Shown here piece by piece: positions 48,920-58,740 of a DNA stretch of 64,000 nt; within the stretch, counting starts at the first letter, position 1, and each line of letters starts with the position of its first letter. The translations under genes and the position numbers were made by a program. Under the pieces are notes generated by a model. The model was not told where the DNA came from, did no database searches, and saw only the letters and a list, made by a program, of their open reading frames with translations. Origin of the DNA: an uncultured Prolixibacteraceae bacterium (GTDB lineage: Bacteria; Bacteroidota; Bacteroidia; Bacteroidales; Prolixibacteraceae); contig CAZBWK010000003.1 in assembly GCA_964495655.1 (NCBI GenBank), positions 707-64,706 on the forward strand, in the 5' to 3' direction.

Positions 48920-50248
48920 ATGGTGATATTTTATGCAGAAAAACTGAATCCCCGTATAGAGTATGCCTCAAGGCTTATTTTTCAGGATATTCTGAATGTT
49001 GATATTCACTTTACAACAAACAGGGAAGAGTTTTTAAAGGGGAACTCTCCAAAAGTTAATTATTCTAATGCGAGATTAGATGACGAATTACTGATTATAC
49101 CTGATTCTTTTTTGTTTTATAGCTCCCTTTCCAAACCTGTTATCAAACCTTTTCTATATAATAATGATTATTATATTTTTGAAAGCCCCGCAGGTTCAGA
49201 CCTGCCGTTTGATCCTTTTGCCTCGGCATTTTATCTAGTGACAAGGTTTGAAGAGTATTTTGAAACAGTTACCGATAAATATAACCGCTACCCGGCTTCT
49301 ATAAGTATTTTATCTGAATATGATTTGTTTAAAAAGCCGGTGGTGAATATATGGGCCCGTAAGTTGGCAGGCAAGCTGAAGGAAAAATATCCGGAGATAA
49401 ATATACCCGTACCTCAGTTTGAATTTATTTCCACAATTGATGTCGATAATGCCTGGAGTTATGTCCATAAAGGTTTTTTAAGATGCTCCGGTGCGCTTTT
49501 AAGGTCTGCCATAAAAGGCAATTTTGCTGAAACCTTTGAAAGGATTAAAGTTCTTACAGGATCTGTTCCGGATCCATTTTTTACTTATCCATGGTTGGAT
49601 GAGGTTTTTAAAGGTCATGAGGAGCAGGTCATATTTTTTTTCGCACTTGGCAATTACAGCCGGTACGACAAAAATATCCCGTGGAAAAATAAATATCTGC
49701 AGGAATTAATCCGTAAAACTTTGAAAAAATACTCTGTTGGAATTCATCCTTCATTTTATTCTGCGGATAATTCAGGAGATGGATTACTGAAGTCTGAAAT
49801 TTCAAGGTTTCTGCAAATTATCGGGGTAAATCCTGAAAAAAGCAGACAACATTATATCCGCTTAAAACTGCCCGTTACATACCGGAGGCTTATTGACAAC
49901 GGAATAAAAGAGGATTATACAATGGGTTATGCCTCACGAACAGGGTTCAGAGCCGGCATATGTACCCCTTTCAATTTTTATGACATTGAAAATGACAGAG
50001 TTACCCCGCTTAAAGTTTTTCCTTTCCAGGTAATGGATACTACACTGCGTGACTATATGGGGCTTACGCCTGATAAGGCAATGGAAGAGATTGAAGTTCT
50101 TATGAATGAAGTAAAAAATGCCGGAGGTACATTTATAAGTATCTGGCATAATGAATCTCTTTCCGGGCGGGATAAATGGAAAGGGTACAGGGAGGTTTTT
50201 TATAAAATGAATCAAACCGGATTTAATTGGTCAAATGAGCATAAGTAA
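48920..50248 (+). CDS. Polysaccharide-deacetylase-like protein (NodB-like core with an N-terminal extra domain)
   Basis: 442 aa. Blocks STIDVDNAW, GIHPSFYS, SRQHYIRL and DYTMGYASRTGFRAGICTPFNFYD resemble deacetylase-fold proteins. The assignment rests on remembered motifs only. Confidence 0.45.
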   Translation: MVIFYAEKLNPRIEYASRLIFQDILNVDIHFTTNREEFLKGNSPKVNYSNARLDDELLIIPDSFLFYSSLSKPVIKPFLYNNDYYIFESPAGSDLPFDPFASAFYLVTRFEEYFETVTDKYNRYPASISILSEYDLFKKPVVNIWARKLAGKLKEKYPEINIPVPQFEFISTIDVDNAWSYVHKGFLRCSGALLRSAIKGNFAETFERIKVLTGSVPDPFFTYPWLDEVFKGHEEQVIFFFALGNYSRYDKNIPWKNKYLQELIRKTLKKYSVGIHPSFYSADNSGDGLLKSEISRFLQIIGVNPEKSRQHYIRLKLPVTYRRLIDNGIKEDYTMGYASRTGFRAGICTPFNFYDIENDRVTPLKVFPFQVMDTTLRDYMGLTPDKAMEEIEVLMNEVKNAGGTFISIWHNESLSGRDKWKGYREVFYKMNQTGFNWSNEHK

Positions 50249-51158
50249 TGCACTGAAATATTTAAAACATGAGGAGTTGGATTACACTTTATGGGACAGG
50301 TGTATCAGCGACGCGGGCAATAGCAGGGTATATGCATTGTCGTGGTACCTCGACCGGACAGCGGTATACTGGGATGCACTGGTATGGGGAGATTATGAAT
50401 ATATTATGCCGGTTACTTTGCGCAGAAAGTTCGGAATAAAATATATATATCAGCCCCTTTTTTGCCAGCAACTGGGAATATTTCCGGAACCTGTTCCGGA
50501 GATAGCCGGACTGTTTTATTCGGAGATATTCAGGAGATTCAGGTTTGTCAATATTCTACTCAATTCAGCTAATCACATCCCGGATATTTACGGCATTAAA
50601 AAATTTTTACCACGCGATAATTTTCTTTTGAACCTGACTACAGAATATACCTCAATAAGAGACGGTTACTCAAAGAATACACTCCGCAATATTAAGAGTG
50701 CTGAAAGATCGCGGTTGAATTATGTTCCCGGCATCTCCATAAAAGAGTATATTGAATTTTTAGGTAAAAATTTGCCGGTGGGTGTAACAAAGAATGACCT
50801 GAGTAAATTCAGGAGTATAGTTGCATATTGCCTGCACAAAGGAATTGGTGAAATGCCGGGAATCTATACATCTGAAAACAGACTGTGTGCTGCTGTTTTT
50901 TTATGCCGGTGGAAAGGGAGGTTGATTTATCTTAATCCGGCTTCAAATGTCGATGGCAGGAAGAGCAGTGCAATGTTTTTTCTGCTGGATAATTTTATTT
51001 CGGCTAACGCGGGACAAGAAATAGTATTAGACTTTGAAGGTTCAATGGTGCCGGGTGTTGCAAGGTTCTATCAAGGGTTCGGAGCTAAAGCAGAATGTTA
51101 TTATCCGTTGAAAATTAACAGGCTGCCCATTCCTTTACGTTGGATAAAAAAGATATAA
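50235..51158 (+). CDS. Hypothetical protein, possibly a FemAB/GNAT-like acyltransferase
   Basis: 307 aa. It overlaps the preceding gene by 14 nt (ATGAGCATAAGTAA). Its size and pairing are reminiscent of GNAT/FemAB-like partners of deacetylases. I could verify no catalytic motif. Confidence 0.35.
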   Translation: MSISNALKYLKHEELDYTLWDRCISDAGNSRVYALSWYLDRTAVYWDALVWGDYEYIMPVTLRRKFGIKYIYQPLFCQQLGIFPEPVPEIAGLFYSEIFRRFRFVNILLNSANHIPDIYGIKKFLPRDNFLLNLTTEYTSIRDGYSKNTLRNIKSAERSRLNYVPGISIKEYIEFLGKNLPVGVTKNDLSKFRSIVAYCLHKGIGEMPGIYTSENRLCAAVFLCRWKGRLIYLNPASNVDGRKSSAMFFLLDNFISANAGQEIVLDFEGSMVPGVARFYQGFGAKAECYYPLKINRLPIPLRWIKKI

Positions 51159-51233
51159 TTATTTCAGATTTTTCCGGTTCTTGCTTTGTTCTGCTCATTT
51201 CCATAAGCAATCGATTAGCTTTTTTATAATTTT

Positions 51234-52046
51234 TTAAACTGAAAATAGTTGTTTCTTCCCATCCTGAAATTTTTCAAATGCACCCATCCCAAAAAGGGCA
51301 AAATCATATCTAACCGGATCATCCGGATCGAAGAGTCTAAGGACATTTGTGACCTCTTCCACAGCCTGCCAGTCATTTTGTTTTCTTTTTAAAAGTCCCA
51401 GACCCCTCGAAATATTACCTGTATGAACATCCAGTGGAAGCATTAATGCAGAGGAGGGGATATTATTCCAGAGGCCGAAGTCAACATTGTTACTGTCTTT
51501 TCTGACCATCCACCTGAGAAACATGTTCAGCCTTTTCCCTGATGCACCTTTATTTACATTTGATACATGTTTACGTGTTCTCTCTCCGGGTATTTCGAAA
51601 AAGATACTATAAAAGTGGATCAGTGTATCTTTTATATTACCGTTGTTTTCAAATCCCTTCTCAAAAACAGATTCAAGTCCCCCGTAGTTTGCATAAATAT
51701 TTTTCAGTGATCTGGCGAAATAGATACAGTCATCGCCATTAAATGTCCTGTGGACAAATGATTTAAGCAATCTGTAATCTGAGTCTGACGCATTAATTAT
51801 AAATTGGTAGGGGTCGTTATCCATAATATTCATCAGGCGAATGGCATTTTTTATAATTGCTGTACGGTTACCCCAGGAGATTGTTGAAGTAATAAAGGCA
51901 GAGATCTCAATATTCTCTTTTTGTGAAAATTGTTTGGGTACCTGTATCGGGTCAGTAATAATAAATTCCGGTTTGTTATATCCGGCTGCTTTTTCTTCAA
52001 GCAATGTTCTTATGTCATCTCTGTTAAGATTGGAATATGAATCCAT
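51234..52046 (-). CDS. Conserved hypothetical protein, TIGR02757/DUF2400-like
   Basis: 270 aa and cytoplasmic. The family assignment is from memory of the N-terminal DPI..P..F...E.IE..AF.....WGNR pattern and was not verified. Confidence 0.45.
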   Translation of the reverse strand: MDSYSNLNRDDIRTLLEEKAAGYNKPEFIITDPIQVPKQFSQKENIEISAFITSTISWGNRTAIIKNAIRLMNIMDNDPYQFIINASDSDYRLLKSFVHRTFNGDDCIYFARSLKNIYANYGGLESVFEKGFENNGNIKDTLIHFYSIFFEIPGERTRKHVSNVNKGASGKRLNMFLRWMVRKDSNNVDFGLWNNIPSSALMLPLDVHTGNISRGLGLLKRKQNDWQAVEEVTNVLRLFDPDDPVRYDFALFGMGAFEKFQDGKKQLFSV

Positions 52047-52120
52047 TTTTTTGATTCTGAATACAAGCGATTAATGAACCGGATAACCTTTGAGGGTACC
52101 CTGGCATTTTTGTTTATCTG

Positions 52121-52813
52121 TTATGGGATTTTCTCAGTCTCCTCAGATCCTGCATATATTACTCCGTCTTTAATATGAATTATTTTATCAGAGCGTTCGG
52201 CAAAATGATCATCGTGGGTTACTATTACAAAAGTTTGTTTAAAATCATCACGCAGTTTAAACAGCAGGTCGTGCAGCTCCTCTCTGTTTGCCGAGTCGAG
52301 GTTTCCCGAAGGTTCGTCGGCAAGCACTACTGCCGGATTGTTAATAAGAGCCCGTGCTACCGCTACTCTTTGTTTTTCACCACCTGAAAGCTCAGAAGGT
52401 TTATGGTTATATCTTTGTGTAAGGCCAAGATAGTCAATTAGTTTCATTGCCTTTTTTTCAGCTTTTTTTCTTGAAGTACGGGCAATAAATGCAGGGATGC
52501 AGATATTTTCAAGTGCATTGAATTCGGGCAGAAGATGATGGAACTGGAATACAAAGCCGATTTCTTTATTTCTAAAGGCTGATAATTCTTTTTCATCAAG
52601 AGAGGATATTTTTTTGTCTCCGTAGTATACTTCTCCGCTATCCGGCTGGCTTAAAGTTCCAATTATCTGCAGCAGGGTAGTCTTACCTGCTCCGCTTGCG
52701 CCCACAATTGAGTATATTTTCCCCATAGGAATTTCAAGATCAATTCCTTTTAGCACCTGAAGAGGGCCGAACGATTTTTTTATATTTACTGCTTTGATCA
52801 AAATATAATGCAC
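52121..52813 (-). CDS. ABC transporter ATP-binding protein (LolD/MacB-associated type)
   Basis: 230 aa. It has Walker [10 protein letters not shown], signature LSGGEKQR and Walker B VLADEPSG. The start is a GTG at 52813, or a TTG at 52801. Confidence 0.8.
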   Translation of the reverse strand: MHYILIKAVNIKKSFGPLQVLKGIDLEIPMGKIYSIVGASGAGKTTLLQIIGTLSQPDSGEVYYGDKKISSLDEKELSAFRNKEIGFVFQFHHLLPEFNALENICIPAFIARTSRKKAEKKAMKLIDYLGLTQRYNHKPSELSGGEKQRVAVARALINNPAVVLADEPSGNLDSANREELHDLLFKLRDDFKQTFVIVTHDDHFAERSDKIIHIKDGVIYAGSEETEKIP

Positions 52814-52821
52814 CCGGTTAA

Positions 52822-52860
52822 AAGCGGAGATGCGGGCTCATTAATTGTACAAGCCCGCAT
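52822..52860 (-). terminator. Hairpin after tatA (possible terminator)
   Basis: It has a 9-bp stem atgcgggct/agcccgcat and a 13-nt loop. The minus-sense downstream sequence ctccgcttttaa is only weakly U-rich. Confidence 0.4.
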
Positions 52861-52896
52861 ATCCTATGAATTAATACTTACGATATCAGAATAAAG

Positions 52897-53166
52897 TTAG
52901 TCCTCCATTTGGTCGTAAATATTCTTTTTTATCTCATTAGCATCTTTCGTGACATCATTTGATACCTCATCCAGGTCCTTTTTAATGTCAGAGGTATGTT
53001 CGTTGATCTCACGTTTAATCTCATTTGTTGCTTTTTTAAATTCGCGCAATCCTTTACCTAATGTTTTGGCAATATCCGGAATGGCTTTTGCCCCGAAAAA
53101 CAACAGCGCAAGCAGCATTACCAAAACAAGTTCCCCTCCGCTGACAAACAAAATATACGTTACCAT
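52897..53166 (-). CDS. tatA: Twin-arginine translocase TatA/E-family protein
   Basis: 89 aa. A single transmembrane helix is followed by FG and an amphipathic helix (LLFFGAKAIPDIAKTLGKGLREFKKA). Confidence 0.85.
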   Translation of the reverse strand: MVTYILFVSGGELVLVMLLALLFFGAKAIPDIAKTLGKGLREFKKATNEIKREINEHTSDIKKDLDEVSNDVTKDANEIKKNIYDQMED

Positions 53167-53242
53167 TCCTAGTTATTTTACTTACAAATATACAAATTGG
53201 TATGATCAAAATTATAATATCTGTAAAAGTTTAATTCTGTTT

Positions 53243-56200
53243 TTATTTTTTCTTCCCTGCTGTCATTTTTAACAAACGCATTTGTATTTCGTACGCTACA
53301 GGTGTAGCTACAAACAGCGACGAATATGTACCGACTATTACACCCACGAGAAGCGCGAATGTAAAACCTCTGATAGTAGCTCCTCCGAACAGAAATATTG
53401 CAAGCAGTACGACTATAGTTGACAAAGATGTGCTGAAAGTACGTCGCAGGGTACTGTTCATCGCTGAGTCAACATTCTGTTCCCTGTTCCTTTTCGGATA
53501 AAGTTTAAGGTATTCCCTGATACGGTCCAGGACAACAACGGTATCGTTGATTGAGTATCCCAGTACTGTAAGGATTGCAGCAATGAAAGCCTGGTCAATC
53601 TCCAGTGAGAATGGCAGTATATTGTACAGCATCGAGAAAATTCCCAGTATTATCAGTGAATCGTGGGCCAGGGCGACTATTGCTCCCACACTGTATTGCC
53701 AGTTACTGAAGCGTATCAGTATATAGAGGAAGATAATTATTAATGCAAAACCAATTGCCACGACAGAATCCTTCCTGATATCATCAGATATTGTTGCCCC
53801 TACCTTTTGGGAGCTAAGCTGATAATCTTCAGTGAACTCTTCAAGGGTAACATTTTTATCAATAAATCCTGCATCCTGCAATCCCCTCATAAGCAGCTCT
53901 TCAACCTCGTTGTCGACATTCTCAGAATCGTCATCAACTTTATAAACGGTTGTAATTCTCACCTGGTTGGCAGATCCGAATGTTTTTACTTCGGGAGCCA
54001 TTCCATATACATCTGTAAGTGCCTGCTGTACATCAGCAACCTGCACATCCTGCTCGAACCGTACCACATAAGTCCGGCCTCCTTTAAAGTCAATGCCATA
54101 ATTTAATCCCCTGGTAGCCAGCGACATGATCCCTAATAAAATGAATGCACCTGAAATTATGAAGGCAATCTTTCTTTTTTCCAGAAACTTAATTGAGGTA
54201 TTTCGAAGCCATTGGCTTGAGGCGGCAGATGTGTACTTTATCTGTTTACTTCTTTTCAGTCTCCATTCAAATATCAGTCTTGTGATAAAGATAGCTGTAA
54301 AAAGTGAAGTAAGTATACCGATAATAAGAGTTGTTGCAAAACCTTTTATCGGTCCCGATCCGAAAACATACAGCACTATACCGGTCAGAAGAGTGGTTAC
54401 CTGTCCGTCAATAATAGCTGAGTAAGCATTTTTATAACCATCTGCAATTGCCAGTTTAAGGCCTTTCCCTGCTAGAATTTCTTCCTGTACCCGTTCATAG
54501 ATAAGCACGTTAGCATCAACCGACATACCTATTGTCAGCACTATACCTGCTATACCCGGCAAAGTCAGGGTTGCTCCGAGAGATGCAAGTATGCCGATAA
54601 TAAACAGCATATTGATCAGAAGTGCTGCATTTGCAGCGCCACCTGCATTTCTGCTATAGAAGAAGATCATGTATGCCAGTACCAGAACAAAAGCGATTAT
54701 GAAAGAATACATACCTTTATTAATTGCTTCACGACCGAGAGAGGGACCAACAATTTCTTCCTGTATAATTCTTGCAGGCGCAGGCATTTTTCCTGATTTA
54801 AGAATGTTTGCAAGGTCTTTGGCCTCCTCGATACTTTCAAGTCCGGTAATGCTTGAACGACCTCCTGAAATTTCATTTTGAACAGTAGGGAATGAGCGTA
54901 CATAATCATCGAGAACAATAGCTATTGATTTCCCTATATTTTCTTTAGTCATTCTTTGCCATGTTTTAGCCCCTTCACTGTTCATCGTCATTGAAACCTC
55001 CGGACTAGAACCGAACTGGTCGAAATCCTGTCGGGCGTCAGTGATCACGTCACCACTAAGTGGCGGCCTTCCGTCGCGGGTTGTTACTTTAAGGGCAATA
55101 AGTCTGAAATAGTTGCCTCCCTCATCAATAGCATTTGCAGTCCATCTGAATATCATATCTCTTGGGAAGATAGATCGTATCTGCTCCATTGAAAGATATT
55201 CGTTGACTTTAGATGTATCTCTTGAGTGTGCAATTCCCACTGCCGGACCGGGGAATAGCTGTCCTGACTGGTCTGTACTTGGACTCAGCACGGCGAATAA
55301 CGGATATTGCTGTCTGAAGTTTTCCAGGTCTTCTAATCCGGCAACAGTGGTATCTTCGGTCATACCTGATTCCAGTTCTGAAAGCAATGAACTCCCGTCT
55401 GTTGTATCAGCATCTGCTTCTGTCTGGCTGTCTGCCTGGAGCACATCTTCTTCTCCGGATTCAGTATCTGAAGTCTGGATGGTTGTATCTTTTCCCAGGT
55501 TCTGTATTTCCTGTAATTTATCATTTGCCTGGAGAAGGTATTGGTAAACTTCTCTGTTTTCGTAAGTTTCCCAAAACTCAAGAGTTGCTGTGCCCTGCAG
55601 AAGATTTCTGACCCTGTTCTGGTCTTTAACCCCGGGAAGTTCTACAAGGATTCGCCCTTTAGTCTGCAACTGCTGAATATTCGGCTGTGCAACCCCAAAG
55701 CGGTCAATACGTGTTCTGATGATATTAAAAGCGTTATCAATGGCAGCATCTGTTTCTCTGCGGATAACATTCAGAACTTCACTATTGGTTGAATTTATAT
55801 TTATTTTGTCACGCAGTTCAAGTGTCAGGAATATAGATGCCAGCTGCGCATTTGGATCTATCTGTTCAAAAGCTTGCCCAAAGAGAGTAACAAAATCTTC
55901 CTGACTTTCCTTTTTGAGCTGGTTAGCTTTCGCTAATGCAGCATTGAATGTTGAGTCATTATTATAGTTGGAAAGGGCTCTTATCAGGTCATCGACAGCC
56001 ACTTCAAGGGTTACGTTCATACCACCTTTCAGGTCAAGCCCCAGGTTTAATTCAAGTTCTTTAACCTGTTTGTACGTAAATTTTTTAAGACCCAAGAAGT
56101 TATAAATGACTTCTCCCGAGATTGAATCGAGGTAAGAAAATTCCATTGCAGGATCTCCCTGTGCATACTCCACTGCTGCCTTTTCTACCTGTTTAGCTTT

Positions 56201-56278
56201 CCATGTAAATGATAATTGATAAAAACAAACAGCTGCCAGCAGTATGGCAAATGTCATTATAGCACCTTTATTTTGCAT
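53243..56278 (-). CDS. secDF: Protein translocase subunit SecDF (fused)
   Basis: 1011 aa. The SecD periplasmic domain with blocks LGLDLKGG and LEFW is followed by 12 transmembrane helices spanning SecD and SecF. Confidence 0.95.
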   Translation of the reverse strand: MQNKGAIMTFAILLAAVCFYQLSFTWKAKQVEKAAVEYAQGDPAMEFSYLDSISGEVIYNFLGLKKFTYKQVKELELNLGLDLKGGMNVTLEVAVDDLIRALSNYNNDSTFNAALAKANQLKKESQEDFVTLFGQAFEQIDPNAQLASIFLTLELRDKININSTNSEVLNVIRRETDAAIDNAFNIIRTRIDRFGVAQPNIQQLQTKGRILVELPGVKDQNRVRNLLQGTATLEFWETYENREVYQYLLQANDKLQEIQNLGKDTTIQTSDTESGEEDVLQADSQTEADADTTDGSSLLSELESGMTEDTTVAGLEDLENFRQQYPLFAVLSPSTDQSGQLFPGPAVGIAHSRDTSKVNEYLSMEQIRSIFPRDMIFRWTANAIDEGGNYFRLIALKVTTRDGRPPLSGDVITDARQDFDQFGSSPEVSMTMNSEGAKTWQRMTKENIGKSIAIVLDDYVRSFPTVQNEISGGRSSITGLESIEEAKDLANILKSGKMPAPARIIQEEIVGPSLGREAINKGMYSFIIAFVLVLAYMIFFYSRNAGGAANAALLINMLFIIGILASLGATLTLPGIAGIVLTIGMSVDANVLIYERVQEEILAGKGLKLAIADGYKNAYSAIIDGQVTTLLTGIVLYVFGSGPIKGFATTLIIGILTSLFTAIFITRLIFEWRLKRSKQIKYTSAASSQWLRNTSIKFLEKRKIAFIISGAFILLGIMSLATRGLNYGIDFKGGRTYVVRFEQDVQVADVQQALTDVYGMAPEVKTFGSANQVRITTVYKVDDDSENVDNEVEELLMRGLQDAGFIDKNVTLEEFTEDYQLSSQKVGATISDDIRKDSVVAIGFALIIIFLYILIRFSNWQYSVGAIVALAHDSLIILGIFSMLYNILPFSLEIDQAFIAAILTVLGYSINDTVVVLDRIREYLKLYPKRNREQNVDSAMNSTLRRTFSTSLSTIVVLLAIFLFGGATIRGFTFALLVGVIVGTYSSLFVATPVAYEIQMRLLKMTAGKKK

Positions 56279-56400
56279 GTTATATAATTTTTTTGTTATT
56301 TTTTAGTAATATTTTTTATTTGATTAGACTGTATCTACACATTGGCCTGCCGGATCCGGCAGGTGAAAGGAATCACCGGATCGTAATGTTTGCCGGATGC

Positions 56401-56847
56401 TCAGAGAAGAACCGGGTGATCTTCCTCAGAAAAGGAGAAATAGTAATGACCGGCTATTAATTGCAGGAATGATAGTAATGATGGATTAACGGTTTTTTTA
56501 TAGTCAGTTTTCAGTATTTGGGAATCATGCTGCTGGTGATATTTTTGGATTAGCTTGTTATGTGATTGTTCATACAATATCCGGGATGGTATTTTCTGAA
56601 TTGAAATTTTTGCCGATAATGAACTGAATGGATTATACAGGCAAATCATATTTTCAGATTTGTCAGCTTGACCGCTATCAGCTTCTATCTCTTCAAGTCC
56701 GACAGGGTGTTTGTCAAAATATATATCCAGAATGACTGTAGCGCCAACAACTACAATTAAAGCTGCCAGCCTTAGCAATCCTTTTTTCGATATTTTAAGA
56801 TCGTATTTCACAAGCTTTTTTTGAGCGGAGCAAATATACCTAAACAT
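56401..56847 (-). CDS. Hypothetical single-pass membrane protein
   Basis: 148 aa with one transmembrane helix (LLRLAALIVVVGATVILDIY). No family was recognised. Confidence 0.45.
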   Translation of the reverse strand: MFRYICSAQKKLVKYDLKISKKGLLRLAALIVVVGATVILDIYFDKHPVGLEEIEADSGQADKSENMICLYNPFSSLSAKISIQKIPSRILYEQSHNKLIQKYHQQHDSQILKTDYKKTVNPSLLSFLQLIAGHYYFSFSEEDHPVLL

Positions 56848-56886
56848 TTCAGGTTTACAAAGATAGGATTAAGTAATTTCAATGAA

Positions 56887-57324
56887 TTAATTAACCCCGT
56901 CTGTATTAAGGGTTATGATTTTTCTTTTGTAATCTACTATTGCATTGTATTTCATAAGAAAATCACCTCCCAGCAGGCCGCAAATATTAAGATTTGCTGC
57001 TTTTGAGTATAATTTGTTTATTGATGAAAGATCAAGCAGGGCTACTTTGAGCTTCTCTAATTTTATTTTTCCCCAGGAGATTTCCTTTATTTCGGCTAGT
57101 ACAGATTCCATTGGCATACCCCCAATGCCTGCAGTATTTACCTTGTCGGGGGAGTCGTCTGAAAGATTATATTTTGATGTAAGGTTTTTGTCGAACACCG
57201 TTTTGGATGCTCCTGTATCAACTACCCAGTATCCAATAGTTGAATCAAAAAACTTAGACGAAATGATAATATGAAAGTTGTCCTCTTCCAACTCGATTAT
57301 TTGGACAGGGATTTTAATCTTCAT
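56887..57324 (-). CDS. Retropepsin-like (clan AA) aspartic protease domain protein
   Basis: The active-site motif is VVDTGASKTV, with a later GLLGGDFL flap/dimer region. I start it at the ATG at 57324 (MKIKIPVQ...). The first 35 codons of the ORF-track version (57429) are the dehydrogenase relic read in another frame. Confidence 0.6.
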   Translation of the reverse strand: MKIKIPVQIIELEEDNFHIIISSKFFDSTIGYWVVDTGASKTVFDKNLTSKYNLSDDSPDKVNTAGIGGMPMESVLAEIKEISWGKIKLEKLKVALLDLSSINKLYSKAANLNICGLLGGDFLMKYNAIVDYKRKIITLNTDGVN

Positions 57325-57351
57325 TCGTTGTATATTTAAGTTCTTTAGAAT

Positions 57352-57470
57352 AAATTCAGTCCGTATTCCCCCTGAGGTAATGACCACTACCTCTGAATTC
57401 TCTGTTTTTTTATAATTATTTGTGCACATGTGGTCCCGACATTACCGGCTCCGACAACTGTTACTTTCAT
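57352..57470 (-). pseudogene. Relic of a malate/lactate dehydrogenase gene: N-terminal Rossmann motif plus an internal strand, frameshifted and truncated
   Basis: From the ATG at 57470 the minus strand reads MKVTVVGAGNVGTTCAQIIIKKQRIQR, then a stop at 57387-57389. A second frame continues ..ENSEVVVITSGGIRTEF. These correspond to the LDH/MDH motifs (M)KV.V.GAG.VG and D.V(V/I)ITAG. About 50 codons between them and the whole C-terminal region are missing. Confidence 0.55.
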
Positions 57471-57492
57471 CGTTTAAAATTTTATCATCCTT

Positions 57493-58695
57493 TTATTTGT
57501 ATGCTTTTCCATTAATTTCCTTTTCCTTTTTGAACAGAACAACAAAAGCCAGTAACAACAGGATTGAGGCTATGGTTGTAACACTCCAGATAATATCCCA
57601 GTTGTAGCCAGTTGCAGTTTTATTAAGATCAATCAGTTTGGCACAAATGAAATTTCCAACTAAGAGGCCTGCTCCGAAAGTTACCAGAAAGATAAATCCC
57701 TGAGCCTGCGATTTGAGTTCAGCAGGAGACTTTTTATCGATATATATCTGGCCGCCGACGTAAAAAAATCCAAAGATCAGACCGTGCACAAGTATACCTA
57801 TATAATAAATCCATGATTGATCGATAACTCCGCCGGCATAAAATGCAAAATATCTTATTGTTAATGCTATCAATCCCATTATCATAGTCATCCGTAGTCC
57901 GTATTTTTTTATAGCCGGGGGAACCAGCAGAATGAATCCCATTTCTGCAAGTACTCCCCAGTTGATAGTAATTGTAATATATTTTGTTTCGATATCGAGC
58001 AGAAACTCTGAAAAGTATGAATAGTACATTGCAAAAGGGATCATCGAAAGGAACGACATAATTATGAACACGGCGAAATTGGTGTCTTTCATTAGTTTAA
58101 CAGTTCCGAGTCCGAAGATATCTGTTATTGTAAATTTGGCGCCTTTACCCGGTGAAGGTGTGTCGGGGAGTGTGAAGTTGGTTATTGCAGCCACAATGCT
58201 GACTCCCGCGCCGCAATAAAACGGCAGGTTGGTGCCGTCAAAATCCAGTTTCAGAAAATGAGTAAAAATAACGCTGAAAATTCCTGATGCCACCCAGCCT
58301 ATTGAACCGAAAACTCTTATTTTAGGAAACTCTTCAGAAGGGAGGTGAGCCATGGCAATTGCGCTTGTGAGGCTCCAGGAGGGCATATATGCAAGCATGG
58401 CGAACAGGAGGCAGATAAAGAGTATATCAGGATTGTTTGTATTACCTGCCCATAATAACATAGCTGCATTTATTATATTCATCGACGTAAGAACTTTTTG
58501 TGCGGGCCAAAAACGGTCTGCCAGCATCCCGATCATTGGCGATAGCATACATCCAATTGCCATTGAGCTTAATATCAAAGCTTTTTGTGTGCTTCCAACC
58601 TCAAGGTTGGTGAGATACGCGGCAAGGGGTACCCACCAGACAGCAAACATCATGTATTGGAGTAACATCATGACGGAAAGTTTCAACTTATGCAT
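57493..58695 (-). CDS. MFS transporter, nucleoside permease (NupG/XapB-like) family
   Basis: 400 aa with 12 transmembrane helices. The N-terminus KLKLSVMMLLQYMMFAVWWVPLAAYL resembles Bacteroidota nucleoside:H+ symporters. Confidence 0.65.
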   Translation of the reverse strand: MHKLKLSVMMLLQYMMFAVWWVPLAAYLTNLEVGSTQKALILSSMAIGCMLSPMIGMLADRFWPAQKVLTSMNIINAAMLLWAGNTNNPDILFICLLFAMLAYMPSWSLTSAIAMAHLPSEEFPKIRVFGSIGWVASGIFSVIFTHFLKLDFDGTNLPFYCGAGVSIVAAITNFTLPDTPSPGKGAKFTITDIFGLGTVKLMKDTNFAVFIIMSFLSMIPFAMYYSYFSEFLLDIETKYITITINWGVLAEMGFILLVPPAIKKYGLRMTMIMGLIALTIRYFAFYAGGVIDQSWIYYIGILVHGLIFGFFYVGGQIYIDKKSPAELKSQAQGFIFLVTFGAGLLVGNFICAKLIDLNKTATGYNWDIIWSVTTIASILLLLAFVVLFKKEKEINGKAYK

Positions 58696-58740
58696 AATTT
58701 ATATTTATTTAAATTTTGATATCCGCAATATTAACAGGAG

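Noticed and set aside
55322-55492. An acidic low-complexity insert (TSDTESGEEDVLQADSQTEADADTTDG...) in the SecD periplasmic domain, with antisense ORFs opposite it.
   Set aside because: Variable linkers at this position are common in long SecDF fusions. The antisense ORFs are shadows.
56346-56363. A perfect 18-bp palindrome CCTGCCGGATCCGGCAGG with two further CCGGAT copies (56376 and 56393), upstream of secDF.
   Set aside because: It most simply acts as a hairpin separating the hypothetical gene from secDF. It has no U-tract, I saw no second copy, and it is too short to argue for a protein site without comparative data.
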